Assembly (NCBI RefSeq): GCF_014280175.1
Contig: NZ_CP047931.1
Coordinates: forward strand, 930,001 to 962,000
Length of the DNA stretch: 32,000 nucleotides
Source of the DNA: Synechococcus sp. A15-28
GTDB lineage: Bacteria > Cyanobacteriota > Cyanobacteriia > PCC-6307 > Cyanobiaceae
Reading direction: 5' to 3'
The position numbers and the translations under genes are program-made. Below, one piece after another: positions 8,657 to 16,854 of this stretch. Within the stretch, counting starts at the first letter, position 1; each line of letters opens with the position of its first letter. The notes beneath the pieces are model-generated. The model was not told the origin of the DNA, searched no databases, and saw nothing but the letters and a program-made list of their open reading frames with translations.

Positions 8657-9411
8657 CTGTGTTTCAGAATGATCAAAGATCTACTCGAGACCATTCCCTT
8701 AATCACGTGCTTGACGTTGGCACACCCTATAAGATATTCGAAGCATATATATCATCCTATTCGCAATTCATAGACTTCATTAAATTTGGCTGGGGAAGTG
8801 CATTGATTGATCCTGAGTTTAAGTTGAAGAAGCAATTGTGTGATGAGTTCGATATTGTTCCTATGCTCGGAGGTACCTTTTTTGAATATATGATTCACCA
8901 CCATAGTTTCAACCATTTTATTGATACTGTCTCTAGCTTTGGGCTTAAATGCGTGGAATTAAGTCGAGGAACGATTGACATTGAGGATGCTTTATATGCA
9001 TCATATATTAAGTCTTTAGTGACTGATTTTTTTGTGATGAGTGAGGTCGGACGTAAGTCTGCACATCCTTCCTTGGCTCTTACTTCTTCACAATGGCTTT
9101 CTCATTGCGAATTATCTGCCAATGCAGGAGCTTCCTTGGTGATTTTGGAATCTCGGGAGTCTGGACGATCTGGTTATGTTTCGACAAGCGGTGATGTTAA
9201 TGCTGTGATGATTGACTCGATCACAAAAGTAGTTCCTGTGGATTCTCTTCTTTTCGAAGCTCCTATCAAATCGGTGCAGACTTTCTTGATCAAGCGATAC
9301 GGGGCTTCGGTTAACCTAGGGAATTTGGCTTTGTCAGACTTGATGTCTGTTCAGTCCCTGCGATTTGGGCTCCGCTCAGACACATTACTTGATGTTCAGG
9401 AAAGTCTTTAG
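8632..9411 (+). CDS. ComA / phosphosulfolactate synthase-like (beta/alpha)8 family protein
   Basis: Series of ComA-family blocks: YSQFIDFIKFGWGSALI, PMLGGTFFEYMI, GLKCVELSRGTIDI, FFVMSEVGRK, GASLVILESRESGRSGYV, PVDSLLFEAPIKSVQTFLIKRYGASVNLGNLAL, SLRFGLRSDTL. Confidence 0.8.
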   Translation: MQRSDSELAVFQNDQRSTRDHSLNHVLDVGTPYKIFEAYISSYSQFIDFIKFGWGSALIDPEFKLKKQLCDEFDIVPMLGGTFFEYMIHHHSFNHFIDTVSSFGLKCVELSRGTIDIEDALYASYIKSLVTDFFVMSEVGRKSAHPSLALTSSQWLSHCELSANAGASLVILESRESGRSGYVSTSGDVNAVMIDSITKVVPVDSLLFEAPIKSVQTFLIKRYGASVNLGNLALSDLMSVQSLRFGLRSDTLLDVQESL

Positions 9412-9483
9412 ACGTGCTTTTCGTGTTTGTTTGATCCATGGTCATTCCCCTACTTTCCGCCTATCATGAGTTAGTACATTACC

Positions 9484-10377
9484 TTGAAAAAAGCGGTGGC
9501 AAGAGTTACTAGATTTGCATTTGTCCTTTTAATTGGAATAATATTTTCTCTTGGCTTTACTTTTCCTTTGAACGTCGAAGCTGCTGAAAATAGTTTTATC
9601 AATGATATTCAGCAGCGCGGTTTTCTAAAGGTTGGCTTGCCACCTTATAATACTCCCCCCGCTTATTATATTGACCCAAAGACTGACAAACTGTCGGGTT
9701 ACGATGTAGAGTTGGCGCGGCAATTGGCGGGCAAGTTAGGAGTTAATGTCGAATTTGATCGGACATCTGAGAGCTTTAATTCTCTTGTGAAAAGGGTTGG
9801 AGCTGGCGATTTTGATCTGGCAATCGGCAAGCTTGGGCTCACTTATAACCGTTTGTATGATGCATTCCCAATTCAATACCTCAGCTTCCGCCACGCTCTA
9901 CTTGCGAATCGCAAATTCATTTCTTCCTTAAAGGTTGATCCTGACGATCCTGAATTTGGCAGCGCCCTTAAAAGTTCGCAAATACGTATTGGTTCGATCT
10001 CGAACTCTACTTGGGAGACAGAGGCAAGGGTCAATTTCCCTAATTGTGAGTTCGTTGGTTTCTCCAGCTGGGATGAAGCTAAAAAAGCTCTGTTTGATGT
10101 AGATCCCAAAACAAACATGTCAACTATTGATGCGATCTATCGTGATGCGACCGAAATCAAGCCAATTGTATATAAAAATCCTGATTTGTCGTTGGATTTC
10201 GTTCCAGTTCTCTTTGATGACACTATTGACCGTAAATCTATATACCTCTCGGAAGCTGGGCATATTGCTTTCTCGGACTTTCTGAATACATTCATTCGTC
10301 GTGAATGGGGAGAGGTAAAAACTGATCAGCGAATTCTTGATGATTTTCAGTCTTACTACCAGCCATCAATTAATTAA
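9484..10377 (+). CDS. Periplasmic amino-acid-type solute-binding protein (SBP family 3)
   Basis: Signal peptide (FAFVLLIGIIFSLGFTFPLNVEAAE), then RGFLKVGLPPYNTPPAYYIDPKTDKLSGYDVELARQLAGKLGVNVEF, DFDLAIGKLGLTYNRLYDAFPIQYLS. Confidence 0.88.
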   Translation: MKKAVARVTRFAFVLLIGIIFSLGFTFPLNVEAAENSFINDIQQRGFLKVGLPPYNTPPAYYIDPKTDKLSGYDVELARQLAGKLGVNVEFDRTSESFNSLVKRVGAGDFDLAIGKLGLTYNRLYDAFPIQYLSFRHALLANRKFISSLKVDPDDPEFGSALKSSQIRIGSISNSTWETEARVNFPNCEFVGFSSWDEAKKALFDVDPKTNMSTIDAIYRDATEIKPIVYKNPDLSLDFVPVLFDDTIDRKSIYLSEAGHIAFSDFLNTFIRREWGEVKTDQRILDDFQSYYQPSIN

Positions 10378-10392
10378 TTTCTTCCTTTAGTC

Positions 10393-11775
10393 ATGTCCTT
10401 CTCAACCTCTAATAGTTTTTTTCATCGGCTTTTCTCTATTCTTCCTGTACTGCGTAAGCCGCGAAACTTTTTCTTCTATATTCTTCCTTTTTCGATTGTC
10501 TTTGGTCGCATTATTCCGCCATCCTATGCATCAGCTTTGAATGAAGCTGGTCTGGCGATGGTTCAACTTATTGCTTTCCCGGCCATTCCTTTGGTCTTGT
10601 CGGCGGTGATGATCTCGATTTGTAATATATTTAGTGCGAATAACCGATCACGACTTAGTAGGGTTCGCTTCTCTGGTCGTTTCTTGATATCTCTGTCGTT
10701 GACAATCCTCTTGGCTGCTTTGCTAGCCATTCTTCTCTCGATCTATCAGTCGCCAGGTGTGTTGTCGCCAGAAGGTAAATTGTCAATTGGTCGGTTTATG
10801 CTTGACATTACTGATATACGTATCGGATCTGCTCTGGTTGATTCGGAAGCTGCGAGTGATTTTTGGATTGCGAAGATTGTTCCAAGTAATATCCTCGCTG
10901 ATGCGTCACAAGGCCAGACGCTACGAGTGATTAGTGGTTCGGTTTTGGCTGGTATTGCAATGTCAAAGCTCAAGCCTTCTTTAACTGACCCTTTGATTTC
11001 AGTATTGAGAAGCGTCAATTCTACATCTGTTCAGGTATTGAATATTGTTCTCAATCTTGCTCCTCTTGTTCTGATCTGTTTGATATCAGGCGCGGTGTCA
11101 ACCATAAATGCTGAGATTGTTGTCGCCTTGTTGAATTTCACGATCTGTGTATTTTTGACAGCTATAGCATCGCTCGGGATTTCACGCCTTGTTTTTCGGA
11201 GATTTACATCCACGAGCGAGCGTGACTCGCTCTCGTCTAATCCCATCGACTCGGTATTTCTGCTCAGTCTTTCGACCGGGAGCAGCATGACTGCCTATCC
11301 CTTGATGTATGAAACATTAATCGGAATTGGGAGGGACGAGTCTGAGGTTGAAGCGTCAGCCTCGCTGAGTTTGTTAATCGCTCGCCTAGGCAATGTCACG
11401 TACAATGTCATTGCGATCATGTTCGCTTTGAATCTTTATGAAGTAGGCATAACTCCTGTGCGGTTTTTCGAAATCCTCGTTCTAGGTGCGGTTACTGGAA
11501 TATCAGCAGCAGGTTTGACGGGCGTTGCGACTGTCCCCACCATCGGAGTCGCTCTTGCATACTTCCAGCTTCCTGTTCCACCTGTGCTTGTTCTTCTTCT
11601 TGCGATTGATCCGATTCTTACTCTTCCACGTGCTGCGACGACAGGTGTTTTGGCTATGGCCATCTCTGTTATCTCCTCAGGACGTTCTACTTCGACAGAA
11701 TCTTCTTCGAAGTCTGGATCATCCTTTTCACTTCTCAGTCAGGATGGTGAAGCTCCCTCATTGGAAGGAGGCTGA
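10393..11775 (+). CDS. Divergent dicarboxylate/amino acid:cation symporter (SDF/DAACS family)
   Basis: 460 aa multi-TM protein; LVQLIAFPAIPLVLSAVMISI region, Ser-rich STGSSMTAYPLMYETL and DPILTLPRAATTGVLAMAIS align with SDF family blocks, although the canonical NMDGT motif is not seen. Confidence 0.75.
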   Translation: MSFSTSNSFFHRLFSILPVLRKPRNFFFYILPFSIVFGRIIPPSYASALNEAGLAMVQLIAFPAIPLVLSAVMISICNIFSANNRSRLSRVRFSGRFLISLSLTILLAALLAILLSIYQSPGVLSPEGKLSIGRFMLDITDIRIGSALVDSEAASDFWIAKIVPSNILADASQGQTLRVISGSVLAGIAMSKLKPSLTDPLISVLRSVNSTSVQVLNIVLNLAPLVLICLISGAVSTINAEIVVALLNFTICVFLTAIASLGISRLVFRRFTSTSERDSLSSNPIDSVFLLSLSTGSSMTAYPLMYETLIGIGRDESEVEASASLSLLIARLGNVTYNVIAIMFALNLYEVGITPVRFFEILVLGAVTGISAAGLTGVATVPTIGVALAYFQLPVPPVLVLLLAIDPILTLPRAATTGVLAMAISVISSGRSTSTESSSKSGSSFSLLSQDGEAPSLEGG

Positions 11776-12227
11776 TGAAGCTCCTGCCAGGCATTGTTGA
11801 ATTGGTTGAAATCCTTAGCAAATTCTTTATTTCTTTGCTGACGGTCTGTCTGTTGACGGCTTGCTCTGTGCGCAATGAACCACCGCGTGCCATTGTCATC
11901 GAGGCTTTGCAGTCTCAAATCCTCACGACTCAAGTCTCCATTGCCCAGAGTCTGGACTTAGAGCCATTAGCTTCTGCACCAGATGTCAGTCGTGTTCGCG
12001 TTGACCATCAAGAAGCTCTGCAGGTTGATGGAGAGCGTTTCGTTCATCTGGAAGGAAGTTTTGATTGGCAATTGCCTCGAGATAGTGTTCGCGTAGACAG
12101 TACTTTTGATCTTTACCTTCAGCGTGGTTCGCGTGGTGAGGGCTGGAATCTGGCCAGACCTGTCACCAGCGATGGTGATGAGGCCCAGCGTTGGTTGCTC
12201 TATCCCCTCGGCTTGCCCGCAAGTTGA
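11775..12227 (+). CDS. Hypothetical lipoprotein
   Basis: TGATG overlap with the symporter stop; lipobox-like FFISLLTVCLLTAC near the N-terminus, no recognised domain. Confidence 0.7.
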   Translation: MKLLPGIVELVEILSKFFISLLTVCLLTACSVRNEPPRAIVIEALQSQILTTQVSIAQSLDLEPLASAPDVSRVRVDHQEALQVDGERFVHLEGSFDWQLPRDSVRVDSTFDLYLQRGSRGEGWNLARPVTSDGDEAQRWLLYPLGLPAS

Positions 12228-13115
12228 TCAGGTCTGACGGCTGGAGAGGCTGATGAACGAGGCGCTCAGCACCAACGCTGCACCCATGCATGTGAATGCG
12301 GTGATCGATTCGTTTAACCAGATCCAGCCCCAGCTCGCTGCAAACACCACCTGCACGTAGTTCAACGATGTCGCCCTCGCCGCCGGCAGGCAGCTCAGCC
12401 CCTTGGTGACCCAGATCTGGCCAAGTTGGGTCAAGACACCGACTCCGAGTAACCAGAGCCAGTCCAGTCCCACTGGCCAGACTCCGTTTTGAATCACCAT
12501 CGGCAGCGTCAAGGGAATTGACACGAGTGGGAAATAGAGAATGATCACCAACGGGTGTTCCTTGGTGGATAAACGGCGGACGCACACGTAAGCCAGGGCC
12601 GTAAACAGGGCTCCGCCCAGGGCTGCCATCACGGGTTGTGTTGCCAGTCCGATTTGGCCCGCACCAAGCCATTCCGGCTGGATCACCATCACCACGCCGA
12701 TCCAACCCAGCACCACGGCGATGCCGATGCGACGACGCAATCGCTCCCCAAGCAACAGCCAGGCTGCACCCGCTGTAAAGGTTGGGTACGTGTACTGCAG
12801 AACCGTTGCGGACGCCAGTGGTAGCGAGGTGATCGCTTCGAAGAAGCAGAGGAGAGCAATGCTCCCGCAAATGCCACGCAGCAACAGCAAGCGTCGGTTG
12901 CTGCCCAGGGGATTGATTCCTCCGAGCGCCATGGCTGTTCCCGTCAAGGCGATGCTCACAACCGATCGAACCAGCACGATCTCGCTGACGGGGATTCGCC
13001 CCCCCAGTTGCTTGACGCACACCGTCATCAGGCTGAAGGCCAATGAGCTCAGAACCAGGGCCCTTGCCCCCTGGATCTCCTGGCGCTGCCACCAAGCCAA
13101 GGTCTGCTCATTCAT
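12228..13115 (-). CDS. EamA/DMT-family transporter
   Basis: Ten-helix duplicated topology; LRGICGSIALLCFFEAITSLPLASATVLQYTYPTFTAGAAWLLLGERL and ARATSLNYVQVVFAASWGWIWLNE. Confidence 0.93.
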   Translation of the reverse strand: MNEQTLAWWQRQEIQGARALVLSSLAFSLMTVCVKQLGGRIPVSEIVLVRSVVSIALTGTAMALGGINPLGSNRRLLLLRGICGSIALLCFFEAITSLPLASATVLQYTYPTFTAGAAWLLLGERLRRRIGIAVVLGWIGVVMVIQPEWLGAGQIGLATQPVMAALGGALFTALAYVCVRRLSTKEHPLVIILYFPLVSIPLTLPMVIQNGVWPVGLDWLWLLGVGVLTQLGQIWVTKGLSCLPAARATSLNYVQVVFAASWGWIWLNESITAFTCMGAALVLSASFISLSSRQT

Positions 13116-13173
13116 GCGTGTGCTCTAGCTCCTGATGGGTGGACGCGGACCTGTGACTTCGCAGAATGGCCCC

Positions 13174-15225
13174 ATGGTCAATGCCCGTCTTCACCCCCGC
13201 ACGATCGACGCCGTCAAGGAGCGGGCCGACATTGTTGATGTGGTGGGTGACCACGTTGTTCTGAAGAAGAAGGGACGGGAGTTTGTCGGCATCTGTCCGT
13301 TCCACGACGACAGCAAGCCGTCGATGACGGTGTCTCCCGCCAAGCAGTTCTACTACTGCTTCTCCTGTGGTGCCGGCGGCAACTCCATCAAGTTCCTGAT
13401 GGAGTTTCAGCGACAGAGTTTCAGCGACGTGGTGCTTGACCTGGCCCGGCGCTATCAGGTGCCTGTCGAGACTGTTGACGGCCCTCAGCAGGAGCGGCTG
13501 AAGCAGCAACTCTCCAGGCGAGAGAAGCTGCAACGTGCTCTGGCACTGGCGGCTGGTTGGTTTCGCAGCCAGCTGCGCAGTCCAGTGGGTGAGCCAGCCC
13601 TTGCTTACCTCACTGAAGCTCGTGGCCTTTCACCATCCACCCAGGAGACGTTTGGCCTTGGCTATGCCCCCGATCAATGGGACGGGCTGCTGAAGCATCT
13701 GCAGCAGGTGGAAGGACTCCCCCCTGAGCTCTTGGAGGCGGCTGGTTTGGTCGTTCCCCGCAAAGGTGGAAACGGCTTCTACGACCGTTTTCGCCATCGG
13801 GTGATGGTTCCGATTCACGACCGTCAGGGCCGTGTGATCGGTTTCGGTGGCAGGAGTTTGGACGGCAGCGAGCCCAAGTATCTGAATTCGCCAGAGACGG
13901 AGGTTTTCGAGAAAGGCAAGCATCTTTTCGGTCTCGACAAGGCCACCAACACCATTCGCAAGCAGGACCGCGCTGTGGTGGTGGAGGGCTACTTCGATGT
14001 CATCGCTCTGCATGCAGCCGGGATCACCAATGCGGTGGCGTCCCTTGGAACGGCCCTCAGCAGCCAGCAGATCACCCAGCTCTGTCGCGTCACCGATGGC
14101 AAGCGCATCGTTCTCAACTTCGACGCCGACGGCGCTGGCGTGCGTGCTGCTAACCGCGCCATCGGTGAAGTCGAGCAGCTGGCCCTGCAGGGCCAGCTTG
14201 AGCTGCGGGTGCTGCATCTGCCCTCCGGCAAGGACCCGGATGAGTTCCTGAAGGACCATGGCGCCGGGGATTACCGGGCCCTGCTTGACCAGGCGCCCCT
14301 CTGGTTGGACTGGCAGATCGAACAGGCCCTCGCTGATCGCGACCTGGCCAAAGCGGATCAATTCCAGCAGGCGGTCTCGGCCCTCGTGGCTCTGCTGGGC
14401 AAGCTGCCCCAGTCGGCGGTGCGCACGCACTACCTCCAGCGCGTTGCTGAACGCCTTAGTGGAGGCCAGGGCCGACTGGCGCTGCAGCTGGAGGAGGACC
14501 TGCGCCAACAGGTCAAGGGGCAGCGTTGGCATGGTCGCTCCAGCCGCCATGACCAACCTGGCGACATCAGTCAGCGGGAGCGCTGTGAGGCTGATCTGCT
14601 GCGGCTTTATCTGCATGCCCCCCGACACAGGGGAACGATCCGCCAGGAGTTGCGGCACCGGGAACTGGAGGATTTCGCGATTCCCCATCACCGGCTGCTG
14701 TGGGCATCGTTGACGGAACTTGAGGAGACCAACCTGGGAGTTGGTCGCCTGGAAGCCATCAGCTGTGGTGAGGATGACGGGGATGGTCTGGACGGGCTTG
14801 ATCTGCCCCGTCTGCTCACGGACCAGTTGCTGTTGGAAAACAGTTCGCTGCTGTCTCGGCTGACGCCATTGCTGGAGCCGGGGGAACTGGAGCGTGTCGC
14901 TCTGGCGGAACCGCTCGAACAGCTTCGAGGCCTCATGGCACTGCTGGAGCGGCAGAAGAGTTTCAAGCGCTGCCGCCATCTGCTCGAAGCCTGGGGTGGG
15001 CAGCGTCTGCAGACTTTGGAAGCCTGCATTGCCGTTTTGGTTCAAGAGAACCAGGAGGATCAGCAGGACGTGGATATGGAAGGTCGCATCGAGACGCTCT
15101 TCGAGCAGCTCAACCGTGATGCGTTGCACTACCAGGAGCTCTACTACACCGAGAGAAAGCACATCCAGCACCTCGATCAGCAACGTCGCGGCGGCTTCCA
15201 GACGGTTGATGCCTTGTCGGCCTGA
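13174..15225 (+). CDS. dnaG: DNA primase
   Basis: N-terminal zinc-binding region CPFHDDSKPSMTVSPAKQFYYCFSCGAGG, TOPRIM VVEGYFDVIALHAAG and NFDADGAG. Start at ATG 13174 (MVNARLHPRTIDAVKERADI) is preferred over 13135. Confidence 0.96.
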   Translation: MVNARLHPRTIDAVKERADIVDVVGDHVVLKKKGREFVGICPFHDDSKPSMTVSPAKQFYYCFSCGAGGNSIKFLMEFQRQSFSDVVLDLARRYQVPVETVDGPQQERLKQQLSRREKLQRALALAAGWFRSQLRSPVGEPALAYLTEARGLSPSTQETFGLGYAPDQWDGLLKHLQQVEGLPPELLEAAGLVVPRKGGNGFYDRFRHRVMVPIHDRQGRVIGFGGRSLDGSEPKYLNSPETEVFEKGKHLFGLDKATNTIRKQDRAVVVEGYFDVIALHAAGITNAVASLGTALSSQQITQLCRVTDGKRIVLNFDADGAGVRAANRAIGEVEQLALQGQLELRVLHLPSGKDPDEFLKDHGAGDYRALLDQAPLWLDWQIEQALADRDLAKADQFQQAVSALVALLGKLPQSAVRTHYLQRVAERLSGGQGRLALQLEEDLRQQVKGQRWHGRSSRHDQPGDISQRERCEADLLRLYLHAPRHRGTIRQELRHRELEDFAIPHHRLLWASLTELEETNLGVGRLEAISCGEDDGDGLDGLDLPRLLTDQLLLENSSLLSRLTPLLEPGELERVALAEPLEQLRGLMALLERQKSFKRCRHLLEAWGGQRLQTLEACIAVLVQENQEDQQDVDMEGRIETLFEQLNRDALHYQELYYTERKHIQHLDQQRRGGFQTVDALSA

Positions 15226-15263
15226 ACCCCTTGAGCGGAGGATGGTTCTGACCTGATCCCGCG

Positions 15264-16277
15264 GTGATGGGCCTGTTTGAGCGCTATCTCTCCCTTTGGA
15301 TTGCTCTGGCAATTGTGGTGGGCGTGGTCCTGGGGGGCCTGCTGCCTGATCTGGCGGCCTGGATCGCCTCGCTGGAGGTGGCCCGCATCAACCTTCCCAT
15401 CGCCGTTCTCATCTGGGGGATGATTGTCCCGATGATGCTGGCGGTGGACTTCTCCGCCATCGGCGGCATCCGCCAGCAACCACGCGGACTGCTGATCACC
15501 GTGGCGGTGAACTGGTTGATCAAGCCGCTCACGATGACGGCTTTGGCCTGGGTGTTCATCCGTGGCGTGTTCGCGGCCTGGATCCCGGATGCCATGGGCC
15601 AGGAGTACGTGGCCGGCATGATTCTGCTGGGGGTGGCTCCCTGCACCGCAATGGTGTTTGTGTGGAGTCGCCTCAGTGATGGGGATCCCAACTACACCCT
15701 GGTGCAGGTGGCCGTGAACGACCTGATCATGGTGTTCGCCTTTGCACCGATTGCGGCACTGTTGCTGGGGGTGAGTGATGTGCTGGTGCCGTGGGACACG
15801 ATGATCACGGCGGTGGGCCTGTTCGTGGTGGTGCCCTTGGCGGCGGGTTGGTTGATGCGGGTGTTGTTGAAGTCTCCCGGTCGGATCGAGCGCTTGGAGG
15901 CTCAGCTCAAACCGCTGTCGATCACGGCGCTGATCGCCACCGTGCTGTTGCTGTTCATGGTGCAGGCCCAGGCGATCCTGTCCAATCCCCTGGCGATCGT
16001 GTTGATTGCGATTCCGCTGATCCTGCAGACCTATTTGATCTTCTGGCTCACGGCGCAGTGGATGCGTCTCTGGGGGCAACCGCGCACGGTTGCAGCCCCC
16101 GGCGCCATGATCGGCGCCTCCAATTTTTTTGAACTGGCGGTGGCTGTGGCCATCAGCCTGTTCGGCTTGAATTCCGGCGCCGCCCTCGCCACTGTGGTGG
16201 GCGTGCTGGTGGAGGTGCCGGTGATGCTGTCGCTGGTGGCGATCGCCAACCGCAACCAACGTCTGTTCCCCGCCTGA
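15264..16277 (+). CDS. Arsenite efflux permease, ACR3 family
   Basis: [83 protein letters not shown]: ACR3 signatures. Confidence 0.9.
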   Translation: MMGLFERYLSLWIALAIVVGVVLGGLLPDLAAWIASLEVARINLPIAVLIWGMIVPMMLAVDFSAIGGIRQQPRGLLITVAVNWLIKPLTMTALAWVFIRGVFAAWIPDAMGQEYVAGMILLGVAPCTAMVFVWSRLSDGDPNYTLVQVAVNDLIMVFAFAPIAALLLGVSDVLVPWDTMITAVGLFVVVPLAAGWLMRVLLKSPGRIERLEAQLKPLSITALIATVLLLFMVQAQAILSNPLAIVLIAIPLILQTYLIFWLTAQWMRLWGQPRTVAAPGAMIGASNFFELAVAVAISLFGLNSGAALATVVGVLVEVPVMLSLVAIANRNQRLFPA

Positions 16278-16278
16278 G

Positions 16279-16536
16279 ATGTCTGAATTCTTCGAAGCGA
16301 TCTGGCACGGCGAGGGCATCGGCGACGGTGCCGACCTGGAGGAAGCTCTCCAGTCCTATGTCGTGGTGAAACCTGATGACGGCGACTGGGTGGAGGCCTG
16401 TGCCGCTGATGGGGCGGATCCAGTGATTGAACGCTTTCCTTCCTTTGACGCCTATCTGGACAATGCCGATCCGCTGGAGACCATTGCAGTGTCGCCGCAG
16501 ATGATTGCTGAGGCGATCGCGCTGTTGCCGGTCTGA
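16279..16536 (+). CDS. Conserved hypothetical small acidic protein
   Basis: 85 aa ORF following the ACR3 gene by 1 nt, TGATG-type coupling to the next ORF. Confidence 0.65.
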   Translation: MSEFFEAIWHGEGIGDGADLEEALQSYVVVKPDDGDWVEACAADGADPVIERFPSFDAYLDNADPLETIAVSPQMIAEAIALLPV

Positions 16537-16832
16537 TGTCGGACGCTCAGCTCGATTTCGCGGCCCTTACGCCCGTGAACCATCTCTGGCCCGCCTTCGT
16601 CGAGCGTCTTGGCACCGACAAAGCCCAGCGAGCCGTGCGGCAAGCCCTTGATCTTCAGGGCATGCGTGGCCATGACGGCACGTTGCCGGTTCTGTTTGTC
16701 GAAACCGGTGGTCTTGCACTGGCGAGTACCGATCTGGTGCGGGAGCAGACGGGACTCAATGCCCATGGCGATCGGATGGTGCTACTGCTCAGCAGCCGCG
16801 ATCAGGTGATCCAGTTGCTGCAGCAGGCTTAG
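16536..16832 (+). CDS. Hypothetical protein
   Basis: 98 aa ORF coupled to the preceding one; no recognised motif. Confidence 0.6.
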   Translation: MSDAQLDFAALTPVNHLWPAFVERLGTDKAQRAVRQALDLQGMRGHDGTLPVLFVETGGLALASTDLVREQTGLNAHGDRMVLLLSSRDQVIQLLQQA

Positions 16833-16854
16833 AGCTCTGTTCTCTGCTTCCTGC

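Noticed and set aside
12163-13095. 310-aa minus-strand-opposed ORF listed on this interval (- strand in track) overlapping the DMT transporter frame
   Set aside because: Same strand, wrong frame relative to the 12228-13115 EamA/DMT gene, whose product has proper membrane topology; the alternative has Gly/Arg/His-rich nonsense composition.
13630-15312. 560-aa minus-strand ORF opposite dnaG
   Set aside because: Shadow ORF in GC-rich coding DNA; the + strand encodes a well-conserved DNA primase and the antisense translation has no recognisable motifs.
15177-16319. 380-aa minus-strand ORF opposite the ACR3 permease
   Set aside because: His/Gln/Arg-rich low-complexity translation typical of an antisense frame of a hydrophobic membrane protein gene.
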